Assembly: GCA_964016885.1 (NCBI GenBank)
Contig: OZ024764.1
Span: forward strand, 17,236,001 to 17,300,000
Source: Eledone cirrhosa
Lineage: Eukaryota
Length of the DNA stretch: 64,000 bases
Reading direction: 5' to 3'
This document shows positions 51,626-64,000 of this stretch, one piece after another. Under the pieces are notes generated by a model that worked only from the letters and a program-made list of their open reading frames with translations, did not search any database and had not been told where the DNA came from. A program made the position numbers and the translations under genes. The stretch's first letter is position 1. Every line of letters begins with the position of its first letter.

Positions 51626-52647
51626 GGCTGACAGATGGAAGAAACTAGGGTGGGGTGAGAGAGAGAGAGAGAGAAAGCTGGAGTGAGAGAGAGAGAGTTG
51701 ATAGAGAGAGGGATTGGGGAAGAAAGAAGAGAGATGGGAGGGAGGAAAAGTGTGAGAAAGAGAAGGAGAAAGGCAGTAAAAGTGAGAGAGAGAAAGAGAG
51801 AGAGAGAAAGAGAGAGAGGAGGGGGAGAGAGAAACAGACAGATGGATAGATAGGTGCTTGGAGCGAGAGAGTAGTTGAGAGAGGTAGTGGGAGTGATGTG
51901 AATATTAGAGAGAGAGAGAGTAGATGGAGAAAGATACTGAATAAAGAGAGGGGGGTGGATGGGAGCTAAGTTTAGAAAGATACTGAGTATAAAGAGAGTG
52001 TGAGAGAGATATATAGAAAGACTCTTAGTATAGAGAGAGGATGAGAGGGAATTAGAATGAGTGTGTGAGAGTTAGAGAGAGAGATAGAAAGAAACTGAGT
52101 ATAGAGAGAGGGTGAGAGAGAGAAAGAGTAAGAGTGATAAGGGGGGGGGATAGATAGAGAGAGACACAAAAGCTGTGTTGTTTAGATAGAAAGATAAATA
52201 GATACAAAGTGAGAGAGAGAGAGAGAGAGATGATGATGATGATGATGAACTTGCTTGCACATCATGATGGAATGCGACCATGCTGGGGCACCTGCCCTCC
52301 CAGGAACTTATAATACCGATCTGTAATTGCTGGACTGTTTAAATTACGGGACATAAACAAAGAGCACCGGTTAGTAAGCAGTGTCAACGTAAACACACAC
52401 AAATATATATATATATATATAAATATATATATATATTTATATATGTGTGTGTGTGTGTCTATATAAATATACAAAGAAGGTGTGGTAAGGAACCAGATGG
52501 ACCATAACCCACCAGAGTACTCAATACTTAGGGTAGTAGAGTGGGTAATAGGAAAAGAGTCAGGACCCCGATGGCTGAGCTCAGCCGTTAGGGTCCCGAC
52601 TTTTCCTATATATAGAGAGAGATATATATATATACATACATATATAT

Positions 52648-52730
<83 letters not shown>

Positions 52731-52876
52731 CACACACATATGTGCAACAGGCTTCCACAGAATTCCCGTCTACCAAATTTTACTCACAAGGTGATGGTCA
52801 ACTTGAATCCACAGCAGAATGAGGCACTTGTCCAAATGGAAGCGAAACGAACTTTTTAACTACACATCCATACTTG

Positions 52877-52959
<83 letters not shown>

Positions 52960-53297
52960 ATACTTTGCGAGGGCCATGTTGCCAATAAGAAACACACGCA
53001 CCAGTTGCTTTCACTTCAATTTATTATAATAAATTTATAATTAATTTATAAATTTATAAATTTCTGGTTGGTTGGTTCCACAACCAGATAGTTGTTTATA
53101 TATAGTCATAATTCTTTCGTCACACACTCTGTGACCAACCAACCAACCAGAAATTTATAAATTTATTATAATAAATTGAAGTGAAAGCAACTGGTGCGTG
53201 TGTTTCTTATTAGCAACATGACCCTCCCAAAGTATAACAATATCGGTTTCAACACACGATTTCAGATAAAGAATCTTGCTAAACAAATTCAGAAACG

Positions 53298-53335
<38 letters not shown>

Positions 53336-53582
53336 TCATCATCAACGTTTAACGTCCGTGTTCCACGCTTGCATGGGTTTGGACGGGGGTAGTCCCACTT
53401 GAGGCAAGAGTGATTGTCTTGCTCGCATAGGACTGTCTGGCAGGTTTTCTACAGTTGGATGCCCTTCCTAACACCAACCACATTTACAGATATATATACA
53501 GAGGCTATATTTAATTTGTTGGGATTCAACAACCTTAACATATTTTAGACCTAGTCCGCCACTGTGTATATATATATATATA

Positions 53583-54006
53583 CAGTGGCAGACTAGGTCT
53601 AAAAATATTCGTTGCCAGATGAAGGGGGCCCACCTACATATAGAATGCTATCATTTAATTTTTATAATGAATAAAAAACATTTTTTATAAACTTTGATTT
53701 TGAAAGTAGGTTTATAATTATCAATTTTCCTCATACTTTTGTAGATGTCTCTGTGGCCTAGTTGGGAGAATCACAGACACTGGTGATGCTGGTCTGAAGT
53801 TCGATCCTGGTTGGGGGTAGGGTTCCTGGAAACCTTTTCAGTTTTTTTCTATTGGTTTTTAAAATAAAAACTGAAAAAAATGTACCTCTTAACCAGGATT
53901 GAACCCAAGACCAGGATCTCCACCGTCTCCAGTACTTACCGCTAGGCTACAGAGACTACTATAAAAATCACATGAAAAATCATACTTATAAACCTACTTT
54001 CAAAAT
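53583..54006. mobile_element. Palindromic MITE-like element with two convergent tRNA-like units
   Basis: Starts CAGTGGCAGACTAGG; inverted TTTGAAAGTAGGTTTATAA arms; A/B boxes on both strands. Confidence 0.55.
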
Positions 54007-54135
54007 TTTCAAAACAAAGTGCTGTGGTGTCGTTCATGCCTTTCTTAATCTTATTGCTCCTACTTAAGGTCGACTTCTAAATCATTTGGGTGTTCCATAA
54101 ACTACTTCCTCGTTTTGTTTCCCATCTATCTAGAC

Positions 54136-57131
54136 CACAGGTTCTCAACCCATTTAGGCCAAACGCCCCCTTTTGTCCCTCAAAATCACGAAACGCCCCC
54201 CCCCCTATTTTTACATTTTTCAATATACTACTGATTTTTATATCAGTAGATTGCTAAAAAATTGATTAACAATATTCCAAAGATGTGTGTATTATCTGAT
54301 TATGTGTTGTATGTAGCCCTAGATGTGTGTATTATCTGATTATGTGTTGTATGTGGTCCTAGATGTGTGTATTATCTGATTATGTGTTGTATGTGGTCCT
54401 AGATGTGTGTATTATCTGATTATGTGTTGTATGTAACCCTAGATGTGTGTATTATCTGATTATGTGTTGTATGTAACCCTAGATGTGTGTATTATCTGAT
54501 TATGTGTTGTATGTAGCCCTAGATGTGTGTATTATCTGATTATGTGTTGTATGTGGTCCTAGATGTGTGTATTATCTGATTATGTGTTGTATGTGGTCCT
54601 AGATGTGTGTATTATCTGATTATGTGTTGTATGTGGTCCTAGATGTGTGTATTATCTGATTATGTGTTGTATGTGGTCCTAGATGTGTGTATTATCTGAT
54701 TATGTGTTGTATGTAGCCCTAGATGTGTGTATTATCTGATTATGTGTTGTATGTGGTCCTAGATGTGTGTATTATCTGATTATGTGTTGTATGTGGTCCT
54801 AGATGTGTGTATTATCTGATTATGTGTTGTATGTAACCCTAGATGTGTGTATTATCTGATTATGTGTTGTATGTAACCCTAGATGTGTGTATTATCTGAT
54901 TATGTGTTGTATGTAGCCCTAGATGTGTGTATTATCTGATTATGTGTTGTATGTGGTCCTAGATGTGTGTATTATCTGATTATGTGTTGTATGTGTGTAT
55001 TATCTGATTATGTGTTGTATGTGGTCCTAGATGTGTGTATTATCTGATTATGTGTTGTATGTGGTCCTAGATGTGTGTATTATCTGATTATGTGTTGTAT
55101 GTGGTCCTAGATGTGTGTATTATCTGATTATGTGTTGTATGTGGTCCTAGATGTGTGTATTATCTGATTATGTGTTGTATGTGGTCCTAGATGTGTGTAT
55201 TATCTGATTATGTGTTGTATGTAGCCCTAGATGTGTGTATTATCTGATTATGTGTTGTATGTAGCCCTAGATGTGTGTATTATCTGATTATGTGTTGTAT
55301 GTGGTCCTAGATGTGTGTATTATCTGATTATGTGTTGTATGTAACCCTAGATGTGTGTATTATCTGATTATGTGTTGTATGTGGTCCTAGATGTGTGTAT
55401 TATCTGATTATGTGTTGTATGTGGTCCTAGATGTGTGTATTATCTGATTATGTGTTGTATGTGGTCCTAGATGTGTGTATTATCTGATTATGTGTTGTAT
55501 GTGGTCCTAGATGTGTGTATTATCTGATTATGTGTTGTATGTGGTCCTAGATGTGTGTATTATCTGATTATGTGTTGTATGTGGTCCTAGATGTGTGTAT
55601 TATCTGATTATGTGTTGTATGTAGCCCTAGATGTGTGTATTATCTGATTATGTGTTGTATGTAGCCCTAGATGTGTGTATTATCTGATTATGTGTTGTAT
55701 GTGGTCCTAGATGTGTGTATTATCTGATTATGTGTTGTATGTAACCCTAGATGTGTGTATTATCTGATTATGTGTTGTATGTGGTCCTAGATGTGTGTAT
55801 TATCTGATTATGTGTTGTATGTGGTCCTAGATGTGTGTATTATCTGATTATGTGTTGTATGTGGTCCTAGATGTGTGTATTATCTGATTATGTGTTGTAT
55901 GTGGTCCTAGATGTGTGTATTATCTGATTATGTGTTGTATGTGGTCCTAGATGTGTGTATTATCTGATTATGTGTTGTATGTAACCCTAGATGTGTGTAT
56001 TATCTGATTATGTGTTGTATGTAGCCCTAGATGTGTGTATTATCTGATTATGTGTTGTATGTGGTCCTAGATGTGTGTATTATCTGATTATGTGTTGTAT
56101 GTGGTCCTAGATGTGTGTATTATCTGATTATGTGTTGTATGTGGTCCTAGATGTGTGTATTATCTGATTATGTGTTGTATGTGGTCCTAGATGTGTGTAT
56201 TATCTGATTATGTGTTGTATGTGGTCCTAGATGTGTGTATTATCTGATTATGTGTTGTATGTGGTCCTAGATGTGTGTATTATCTGATTATGTGTTGTAT
56301 GTGGTCCTAGATGTGTGTATTATCTGATTATGTGTTGTATGTGGTCCTAGATGTGTGTATTATCTGATTATGTGTTGTATGTGGTCCTAGATGTGTGTAT
56401 TATCTGATTATGTGTTGTATGTGGTCCTAGATGTGTGTATTATCTGATTATGTGTTGTATGTGGTCCTAGATGTGTGTATTATCTGATTATGTGTTGTAT
56501 GTGGTCCTAGATGTGTGTATTACCTGATTATGTGTTGTATGTGGTCCTAGATGTGTGTATTATCTGATTATGTGTTGTATGTCGTCCTAGATGTGTGTAT
56601 TATCTGATTATGTGTTGTATGTAGCCCTAGATGTGTGTATTATCTGATTATGTGTTGTATGTGGTCCTAGATGTGTGTGCTACTCGCTTCTGTTTTTTCT
56701 TTTCTTTTTATTTATTTGTAATATTATTTATACAATAGGGAATAAAATAGATCTACATAGTGTTAACTCGTTACGGTTGAGTCAATAATTTCAGACATGC
56801 AATACATTGTTATCGGTCAAGGAAAGATAAGTTTCTAACTGGCTGGATTCTAACCTAGTTGACTGGGTTTTTCCATTTTTAGGATCTCAATTACCGGACT
56901 CACCTGCTCACAGCTTCGGTCAGACTATAGTTATGCTGTCTGCAAGCTCATTCAAATGCATTCACACTGGCTGTCTCAAAGACATACAAATATGGCTTAT
57001 AAAACTTACCAAAATAAAGAGCCTTCCAACGCCCCCTTAACCCCCCTCCCCCAGCTCCAAACGCCCCCCTAATGCGACCTTGCTCCCAAACGCGCCCCAG
57101 GGGTGCATATGCCCCCCGTTGAGAATCTTTG
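54136..57131. mobile_element. Non-autonomous hAT (Charlie/Buster-type) transposon
   Basis: TIRs CACAGGTTCTCAAC and GTTGAGAATCTTTG; exact 8-bp TSD ATCTAGAC at 54128-54135 and 57132-57139, fitting the NTCTAGAN target consensus; subterminal AACGCCCCC repeats. Confidence 0.88.
54281..56679. repeat. 40-bp minisatellite (agatgtgtgtattatctgattatgtgttgtatgtggtcct), about 60 copies
   Basis: Direct periodicity; three variants (ggtc, agcc, aacc). Confidence 0.97.
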
Positions 57132-58877
57132 ATCTAGACTATATTTTAACCTGAAATCCATGTTTCATTTCTGTTACACCTCATTTCTACCCCCAATAGT
57201 GGTGATGTGTTGTTTCCTTGAGCAAGACACTTTATTTCACATTGCTCCAGTTTACTCAGCTGTAGAAATGAGATGATAGGGACTGGGGTCCCTATCATTA
57301 AATCACCCAAGACACCTCCAACGAGATATACCTTGGAGGAGGCCAGCTAAACCTGCAGAGGTGTGAGCTGTCACACACATATATGTAGGTCTGTGCGTGT
57401 TATATATGTATAGTTCATGACAAAATCTGCTTGTCAGAAGCTGGACTTCAGTGTCGCATAATAGCACACAATAGGACACTTCCTACTAACAAAAAAAACA
57501 TAGCAAGTTTACCCTTATCATTGCAACATATGTCACAAGATCTGCAAATCTCAAGGAGGTGTAAAGAGACATTAGAAAGGTCAAGATCAAGCAACGCAAG
57601 TTGTTTCAAGCTATACCAAAATTTAGGTGAATTGTATTAAGACATCTGATACATACATACATACATGGTGGCTGCCAACTCATTTTCGAGTATGGCCACT
57701 ACTTTATATCCATGTAGGAGAACCCCTACCGATGCGCTGAACGAGTGTGACTTTTTAGTCCAGCCAGCAACTTGAAAACTCTGGTACAAACACTACACTT
57801 GTGACAATTATTGACACATAGTGCTGGGCCCATGGTACCTTGTGACGACAAGTGCAGAGAGATCTCCAGATATAAAGCAATGCCTGTGCCGTGAAGCTTT
57901 TATAGTGAGCAAAGGCACTGCACAGAGCCAGTCCCACTCTCTTAACCAAGATGATATTTACCAAAAAGAAGAACAAGTCAACATCATTGGATACCATCAG
58001 GGTTGCAGGTGTTATATCAGAGTTTTACTTCTCCTAGAATTCTGCCTTGACAAAGGCTAAGGGGTCATACATACATACATACATACATACATACATACAT
58101 ACATACATGATGTATGTAGATGTTTATATATATATATATGTATATATATATGTGTGTATATATATGCATATAGATGTATGTATACATGTGTATATATATG
58201 CATATAGATGTGTGTATATTTATATATATATGTGTGTATATATATGCATATAGATGTATATATATATGTATATATATGTATACATACGTGTATATATATA
58301 TATATGTTTAAAACCGATAGCGTACGGTCTTCTAAATGTTTTTAATTAAACATACATTACCAAATATACTATACATACATGCATATATATATATATACAT
58401 ACATATGTGTGTGTATATATATATATACATATATGTTTGTATAGGTCAGGATTTGACCAGTTTAAACTAGTAAGACTATTATTCAACACAATAGTGTTAA
58501 TACTTGAGATAGTATAGTGTAAATATAGGAGAGAATCGAGGCCCGACAGCTGAGCTCTTGCTGTCTCTGTATTGAAGTACCGTTCCAGTACATTAGACTA
58601 ACTGATAACTGAATTTATTTATTAGTATTTAATTAGTGTTATACTTTGGGAGGGTCATGTTGCCAATATTTAATTAGTATTAATATCTATATGCTTTGCT
58701 CTAGCTAAGTGTTACACTTAGTAAACTTAGTTTCACTTTAACAACCTTTCTTAAACCTTTACAATACTCTATACCAACAGTGTCTTTCATTAGAAATCAT
58801 CATCATCATCACCATCACCACCATCATCATCAGGTGTACTGGGTGTGTTTATGTAGATAACCAGCACTAGGAGAGAG

Positions 58878-59587
58878 TGGCTTTCATTAGAAATATGGTA
58901 ATGAAAGGGTTAAAGTGTTTATATTTATCTAAAAACCTTCCATCGTAATTTTATGTAAGAACCTTTGTTAAGTTATGTTCCAAACACCAACAGTGTCTTT
59001 CATTAGAAATATGGTAATGAAAGGGTTAAAGTGTTTATATTTATCTAAAAACCTTCCATCGTAATTTTATGTAAGAACCTTTGTTAAGTTATGTTCCAAA
59101 CACCAACAGTGTCTTTCAGTAGAAATATGGTAATGAAAGGGTTAAAGTGTTTATATTTATCTAAAAACCTTCCATCGTAATTTTATATAAGAACCTTTAA
59201 GTTATGTTCCAAACACCAACAGTGGCTTTCATTAGAAATATGGTAATGAAAGGGTTAAAGTGTTTATATTTATCTAAAAACCTTCCATCGTAATTTTATA
59301 TAAGAACCTTTAAGTTATGTTCCAAACACCAACAGTGGCTTTCATTAGAAATATGGTAATGAAAGGGTTAAAGTGTTTATATTTATCTAAAAACCTTCCA
59401 TCGTAATTTTATATAAGAACCTTTGTTAAGTTATGTTCCAAACACCAACAGTGTCTTTCATTAGAAATATGGAAATGAAAGGGTTAAAGTGTTTATATTT
59501 ATCTAAAAACCTTCCATCGTAATTTTATGTAAGAACCTTTGTTAAGTTATGTTCCAAACACCAACAGTGTCTTTCATAAGAAATATG
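58878..59587. repeat. 113-116-bp AT-rich tandem repeat, about 6 copies
   Basis: cattagaaatatggtaatg at 58885, 59001, 59117, 59230 and onward. Confidence 0.94.
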
Positions 59588-59827
59588 ACCAGGGAAAGGT
59601 TAAGTAAACTATCAGAGACCTGTCATTCAAGATTTGAATTTAGCAGACATGTGACAGGAGTGACTATCTTAACGAACGTGTCTTTGAATAAACTAACCTC
59701 TTTATACTTTTGTACATATTTTTTTAGTCTTTCTATAGAGGACATCTATAAATAAATATTTGCTAAAACCTAGCAATTTGATAACATTTTCTGTGAAAGT
59801 AGATACTAGCTTAGTGGTAGGGTAATA

Positions 59828-60165
59828 GGTGCCGTGATATAATACACCCAGTAGACTCTGTAAAGTGGTTAAGGTGGTCGTGCTATAATAAAATACGCCC
59901 AGTACACTCTGTAAAGTGGTAAGGGAATTGGAGCCATGATTAAATACACCCAATAGACTCTGTAAAGTGGTAGTGTTGGTGCCATGATATAATATACCCA
60001 GTACACTCTGTAAAGTGGTAGTGTTGGTATCATGATATAATACACCCAGTACACTCTGTAAAGTGGTAGTGTTGGTGTCATGATATAATACACCCAGTAC
60101 ACTCTGTAAAGTGGTAGTGTTGGTGTCATGATATAATACACCCAGTACACGCTGTAAAGTGGTTA
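59828..60165. repeat. 48-bp tandem module, about 7 copies
   Basis: cacccagtacactctgtaaagtggt core; related in reverse to the arrays at 24630 and 36001. Confidence 0.88.
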
Positions 60166-60300
60166 GGTTGCTTGGTCGCATGATAAACTATTTGAAAACT
60201 ATTAAGAGTTAATATCCTTCCTTTTGAAATATAATAAGGAAAAGGATTAACAAAAAATTCCTTTCACGCATCAAATCAAATATTCATCCTTTCCTTCATG

Positions 60301-60356
<56 letters not shown>

Positions 60357-60394
60357 TATTATATTATATTTCAAAAGGAAGGACATTAACTCTT

Positions 60395-61430
60395 AGTGAA
60401 GAATTTAGCGTAAAAGTTGGTGTTCATCAGGGCTCTGTCCTTAGCCCCCTCCTATTTATTATTGCCCTTCAGGCTATAACAGAGGAGTTCAAGACCGGCT
60501 GCCCATGGGAACTCCTACACGCAGATGATCTAATGCTCATAGCTGAATCGATGGATGAACTAGAAAAGAAATTCCAAACATGGAAGCATGGCCTAGAATA
60601 AAAAAACCTTAAAGTTAACTTGTCTAAGACTAAAGTTCTAGTATGTAAGAAGGGAAATAGGGCACAGGTCCCCTCTGGGAAATGGCCATGCTCAGTGTGT
60701 AGGAAAGGAGTAAGCAGAAATTCCATTTTATGTCCCAAGTGCAAAGTATGGGTGCATAAAAGATGTAGTGGGATCACAGGTAAGCTATCTAAGAACGTAG
60801 ATTTTATATGTGGCCGGTGCTCAGGTGCAATAAGTAGCAATCACCCACAAGATACTAGCTCCTTCTATTGCCCAGATGGCTCTATAGAAATAGTGGACAC
60901 CTTCCGTTACCTGGGTGACAAAATCAGCAGTGGTGGAGGGTGCTCAGAAAGTACAGTAGCCAGAGACAGAACAGGATGGAAAAAGTTCAGAGAGCTTATA
61001 CCACTATTGGCCGCTAAAGGGTTCTCCCTAAAAATGAAAGGCAGGCTGTATGATGCCTGCATACGAACAGCAATGTTGCATGGCAGTGAGACCTGGGCAT
61101 TGTGTACAGAGGATATACGCAGACTGGAGAGGAACAAAGCTTGCATGCTCCACTGGATGTGTAATAGTAATAGACGTGAACAGCAAAGCATAAATGAACT
61201 AAGTGAGAAATTAGGTATAAGAGGGATCAGATGTTGTTTACTCGAGAGAAGGCTACGTTGGTATGGTCACGTGATGCGCATGAAAGACGACAGCTGTATA
61301 ACAAAGTGCAGGGCAATCAAAATAGACGGTAGCCACGGAGTAGGCAGACCCAGGAAAACCTGGGACAATTTGATAAACTCCGACCTTACACAGTTACACC
61401 TCTCCAAGACAATGTCACTGGACCGAGGGC
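60395..61430 (+). mobile_element. RTE-clade LINE remnant: C-terminal half of RT plus a Cys-rich insertion; inactive
   Basis: VKVGVHQGSVLSPLLF, LHADDL (YADD site), in-frame stop near 60600, [48 protein letters not shown]. Confidence 0.92.
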
Positions 61431-61794
61431 AGTGGTAGTGGTAGTAGTGGTAGTAGTAGTGGTGGTGGTAGTAGTGGTGGTGGTAGTAGTGGTGGTAGTA
61501 GTGGTGGTAGTAGTAGTAGTAGCAGTAGTGGTAGTAGTAGTGGTAGTAGTGGTGGTAGTGGTAGTAATAGTAGTAGTGGTGGTGGTAGTAGTAATGAAAT
61601 TTTCAAAATGTTTCCTCTCATTAAAACTAACACTACCAATACGTATTTATTTTTTCATAAACATTTCTTTTGAGAAGAAAAACTGGTTTCAGATGTTTTT
61701 AGAGAGAGAGTGACAGTTATATTTTAACACTTTCCTGGTGTGACATTTACTGTAGAATGGTAGCACTGGCTAGGACTGGTGTTAGCATTAAGGT

Positions 61795-62235
61795 CAACTA
61801 GGGTACAGACCTCAGAGAGACACAGAGCCACCTAGGGTACAGACCTCAGAGAGACACAGACCTCAGAGAGACACAGTGAGATAGACAACCACCTAGGGTA
61901 CAGAGAGACACAGAGCCACCTTGGGTACAGAGAGACACAGAGCCACCTAGGGTACAGTGAGACACAGAGCCACCTAGGGTACAGTGAGATAGACAACCAC
62001 CTAGGGTACAGAGAGACACAGAGCCACCTTGGGTACAGTGAGACACAGAGCCACCTAGGGTACAGAGAGACACAGAGCCACCTTGGGTACAGTGAGACAC
62101 AGAGCCACCTAGGGTACAGTGAGACACAGAGCCACCTAGGGTACAGTGAGACACAGAGCCACCTAGGGTACAGTGAGACACAGAGCCACCTAGGGTACAG
62201 TGAGACACAGAGCCACCTAGGATACAGACCTTAGA
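61795..62235. repeat. 27-bp minisatellite (cacagagccacctagggtacagtgaga)
   Basis: Direct periodicity. Confidence 0.93.
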
Positions 62236-62998
62236 GAGGTACATTACTGAGCCTTAAAGGATCACAGTTTTAAACAGATGTCACATGCCACTCGGTGAGA
62301 TCTAACTTGGAACCTTTATCATCATGGAACAAACTTCTTAATCTTTTAGGGCCAGGATTGTGTTACCATCCTTACCCATGTCTAAAAAGTCTATCTTAAG
62401 CCATTTAAGGCTTGTATGACCAGTGCTTATCCCAGTTTTGTGACATGAAGCAATTTAGAGTACAAGACTCCCCCCAGGACTGGACACCAGTCCATCGCAA
62501 GGTTAAACTCCCAGCTATTGATGGTACTTATCCCAGTTTTGTGACATGAAGTGACTGAGAGTACAAGACTCCCCCCCCCCCCCCCCGGGACAGGACACCA
62601 GTCCATCGCAGGGTTAAACCCCCAGCTATTACTGGTACTCATTTTTCAGCTGAGTATACTGGAGCAACATGAAATGAAGTGTTTTGCTCAAGAACACAAC
62701 ACACAACCCAGCCCAGGAATCAAACCTATGACGTTCAGATCGTAAGTTCAACACCATTACCATTAGGCCACATGCTTCCCCTCAACATGTATCTACTATA
62801 AACAATACCCAAGTACCATATGTGAGATGATCACTGGGTGCTTTTTGTTGTGACACCTGTATAAATTTATATCTTCGAACATGGGATAGCGTTGTTAGTG
62901 GCCAAAATGGGGTTCCGTCGAAAGGTCTTTGGTGTAACCTTACTCGATAGAATACATAGCCTGGAGATCAGAGAGTCACTGAAGGTAGAGCTACTACT

Positions 62999-64000
62999 TC
63001 TCTGGATTGAGAGATCACAGCTCTGATACTACAGACATGTGGTTAGAATGTCTCAGGTAAGAATCTCTGAATTGAGAGATCACAGCTCTGATACTACAGA
63101 CATGTGGTTAGAATGTCTCAGGTAAGAATCTCTGGGTTGAGAGACCACAGCTCTGATACTACAGACATGTGGTTAGAATGTCTCAGGTAAGAATCTCTGG
63201 GTTGAGAGATCATAGCTCTGATACTACAGACATATGGTTAGAATGTCTCAGGTAAGAATCTCTGGGTTGAGAGATCACAGCTCTGATACTACAGACATGT
63301 GGTTAGAATGTCTCAGGAAAGAATCTCCGAATTGAGAGATCACAGCTCTGATACTACAGACATGTGGTTAGAATGTCTCAGGTAAGAATCTCTGGATTGA
63401 GAGATCACAGCTCTGATACTACAGACATGTGGTTAGAATGTCTCAGGTAAGAATCTCTGGGTTGAGAGATCACAGCTCTGATACTACAGACATGTGATTA
63501 GAATGTCTCAGGAAAGAATCTCCGAATTGAGAGATCACAGCTCTGATACTACAGACATGTGGTTAGAATGTCTGAGGAAAGAATCTCTAAATTGAGAGAT
63601 CACAGCTCTGATACTACAGACATGTGGTTAGAATGTCTCAGGTAAGAATCTCTGGGTTGAGAGATCACAGCTCTGATACTACAGACATGTGGTTAGAATG
63701 TCTCAGGTAAGAATCTCTGGGTTGAGAGATCACAGCTCTGATACTACAGACATGTGGTTAGAATGTCTCAGGAAAGAATCTCCGAATTGAGAGATCACAG
63801 CTCTGATACTACAGACATGTGGTTAGAATGTCTGAGGAAAGAATCTCCGAATTGAGAGATCACAGCTCTGATACTACAGACATGTGGTTAGAATGTCTGA
63901 GGAAAGAATCTCCGAATTGAGAGATCACAGCTCTGATACTACAGACATGTGGTTAGAATGTCTGAGGAAAGAATCTCCGAATTGAGAGATCACAGCTCTG
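62999..64000. repeat. 65-bp tandem repeat, at least 15 copies, running off the window end
   Basis: gagatcacagctctgatact at 63011, 63076, 63141 and onward. Confidence 0.96.

Noticed and set aside
56990-57020. Alternative upstream donors for the 5'UTR exon (57010 and 53940)
   Set aside because: Both GTAAGT matches lie inside transposon-like elements with no other support
57755-58060. Duplicated 79-aa ORF (also 31246-31485) as a small gene family
   Set aside because: Part of an interspersed repeat; non-ATG start and no recognisable domain

Overview
This is repeat-dense animal genomic DNA. The (TA)n load, a Nin-type tRNA-SINE and RTE LINEs with (GAT)n tails suggest an octopus-like cephalopod (inference). 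I can assemble one protein-coding gene by hand on the minus strand: 13 coding exons from 37182 to 17274, all GT-AG and phase-consistent, 1815 nt and 604 aa. It encodes an SLC6/NSS transporter that resembles the inebriated (ine) subfamily. The rest is microsatellites, about 15 minisatellite/satellite arrays, and RTE, CR1, Tx1, SINE, hAT and mariner remnants. Main observations: (1) a dense set of minimal hammerhead-ribozyme motifs from several families, sitting in fold-back elements inside (TA)n tracts (Penelope-like), some on the gene's sense strand; (2) three substitutions at the transporter's canonical Cl-/Na1 site; (3) several tandem arrays that visibly grew out of transposon sequence; (4) a palindromic element carrying two convergent tRNA-like Pol III units. 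Nearly all ORFs in the supplied track are microsatellite artefacts. All family assignments are from recalled motifs; no searches were run.
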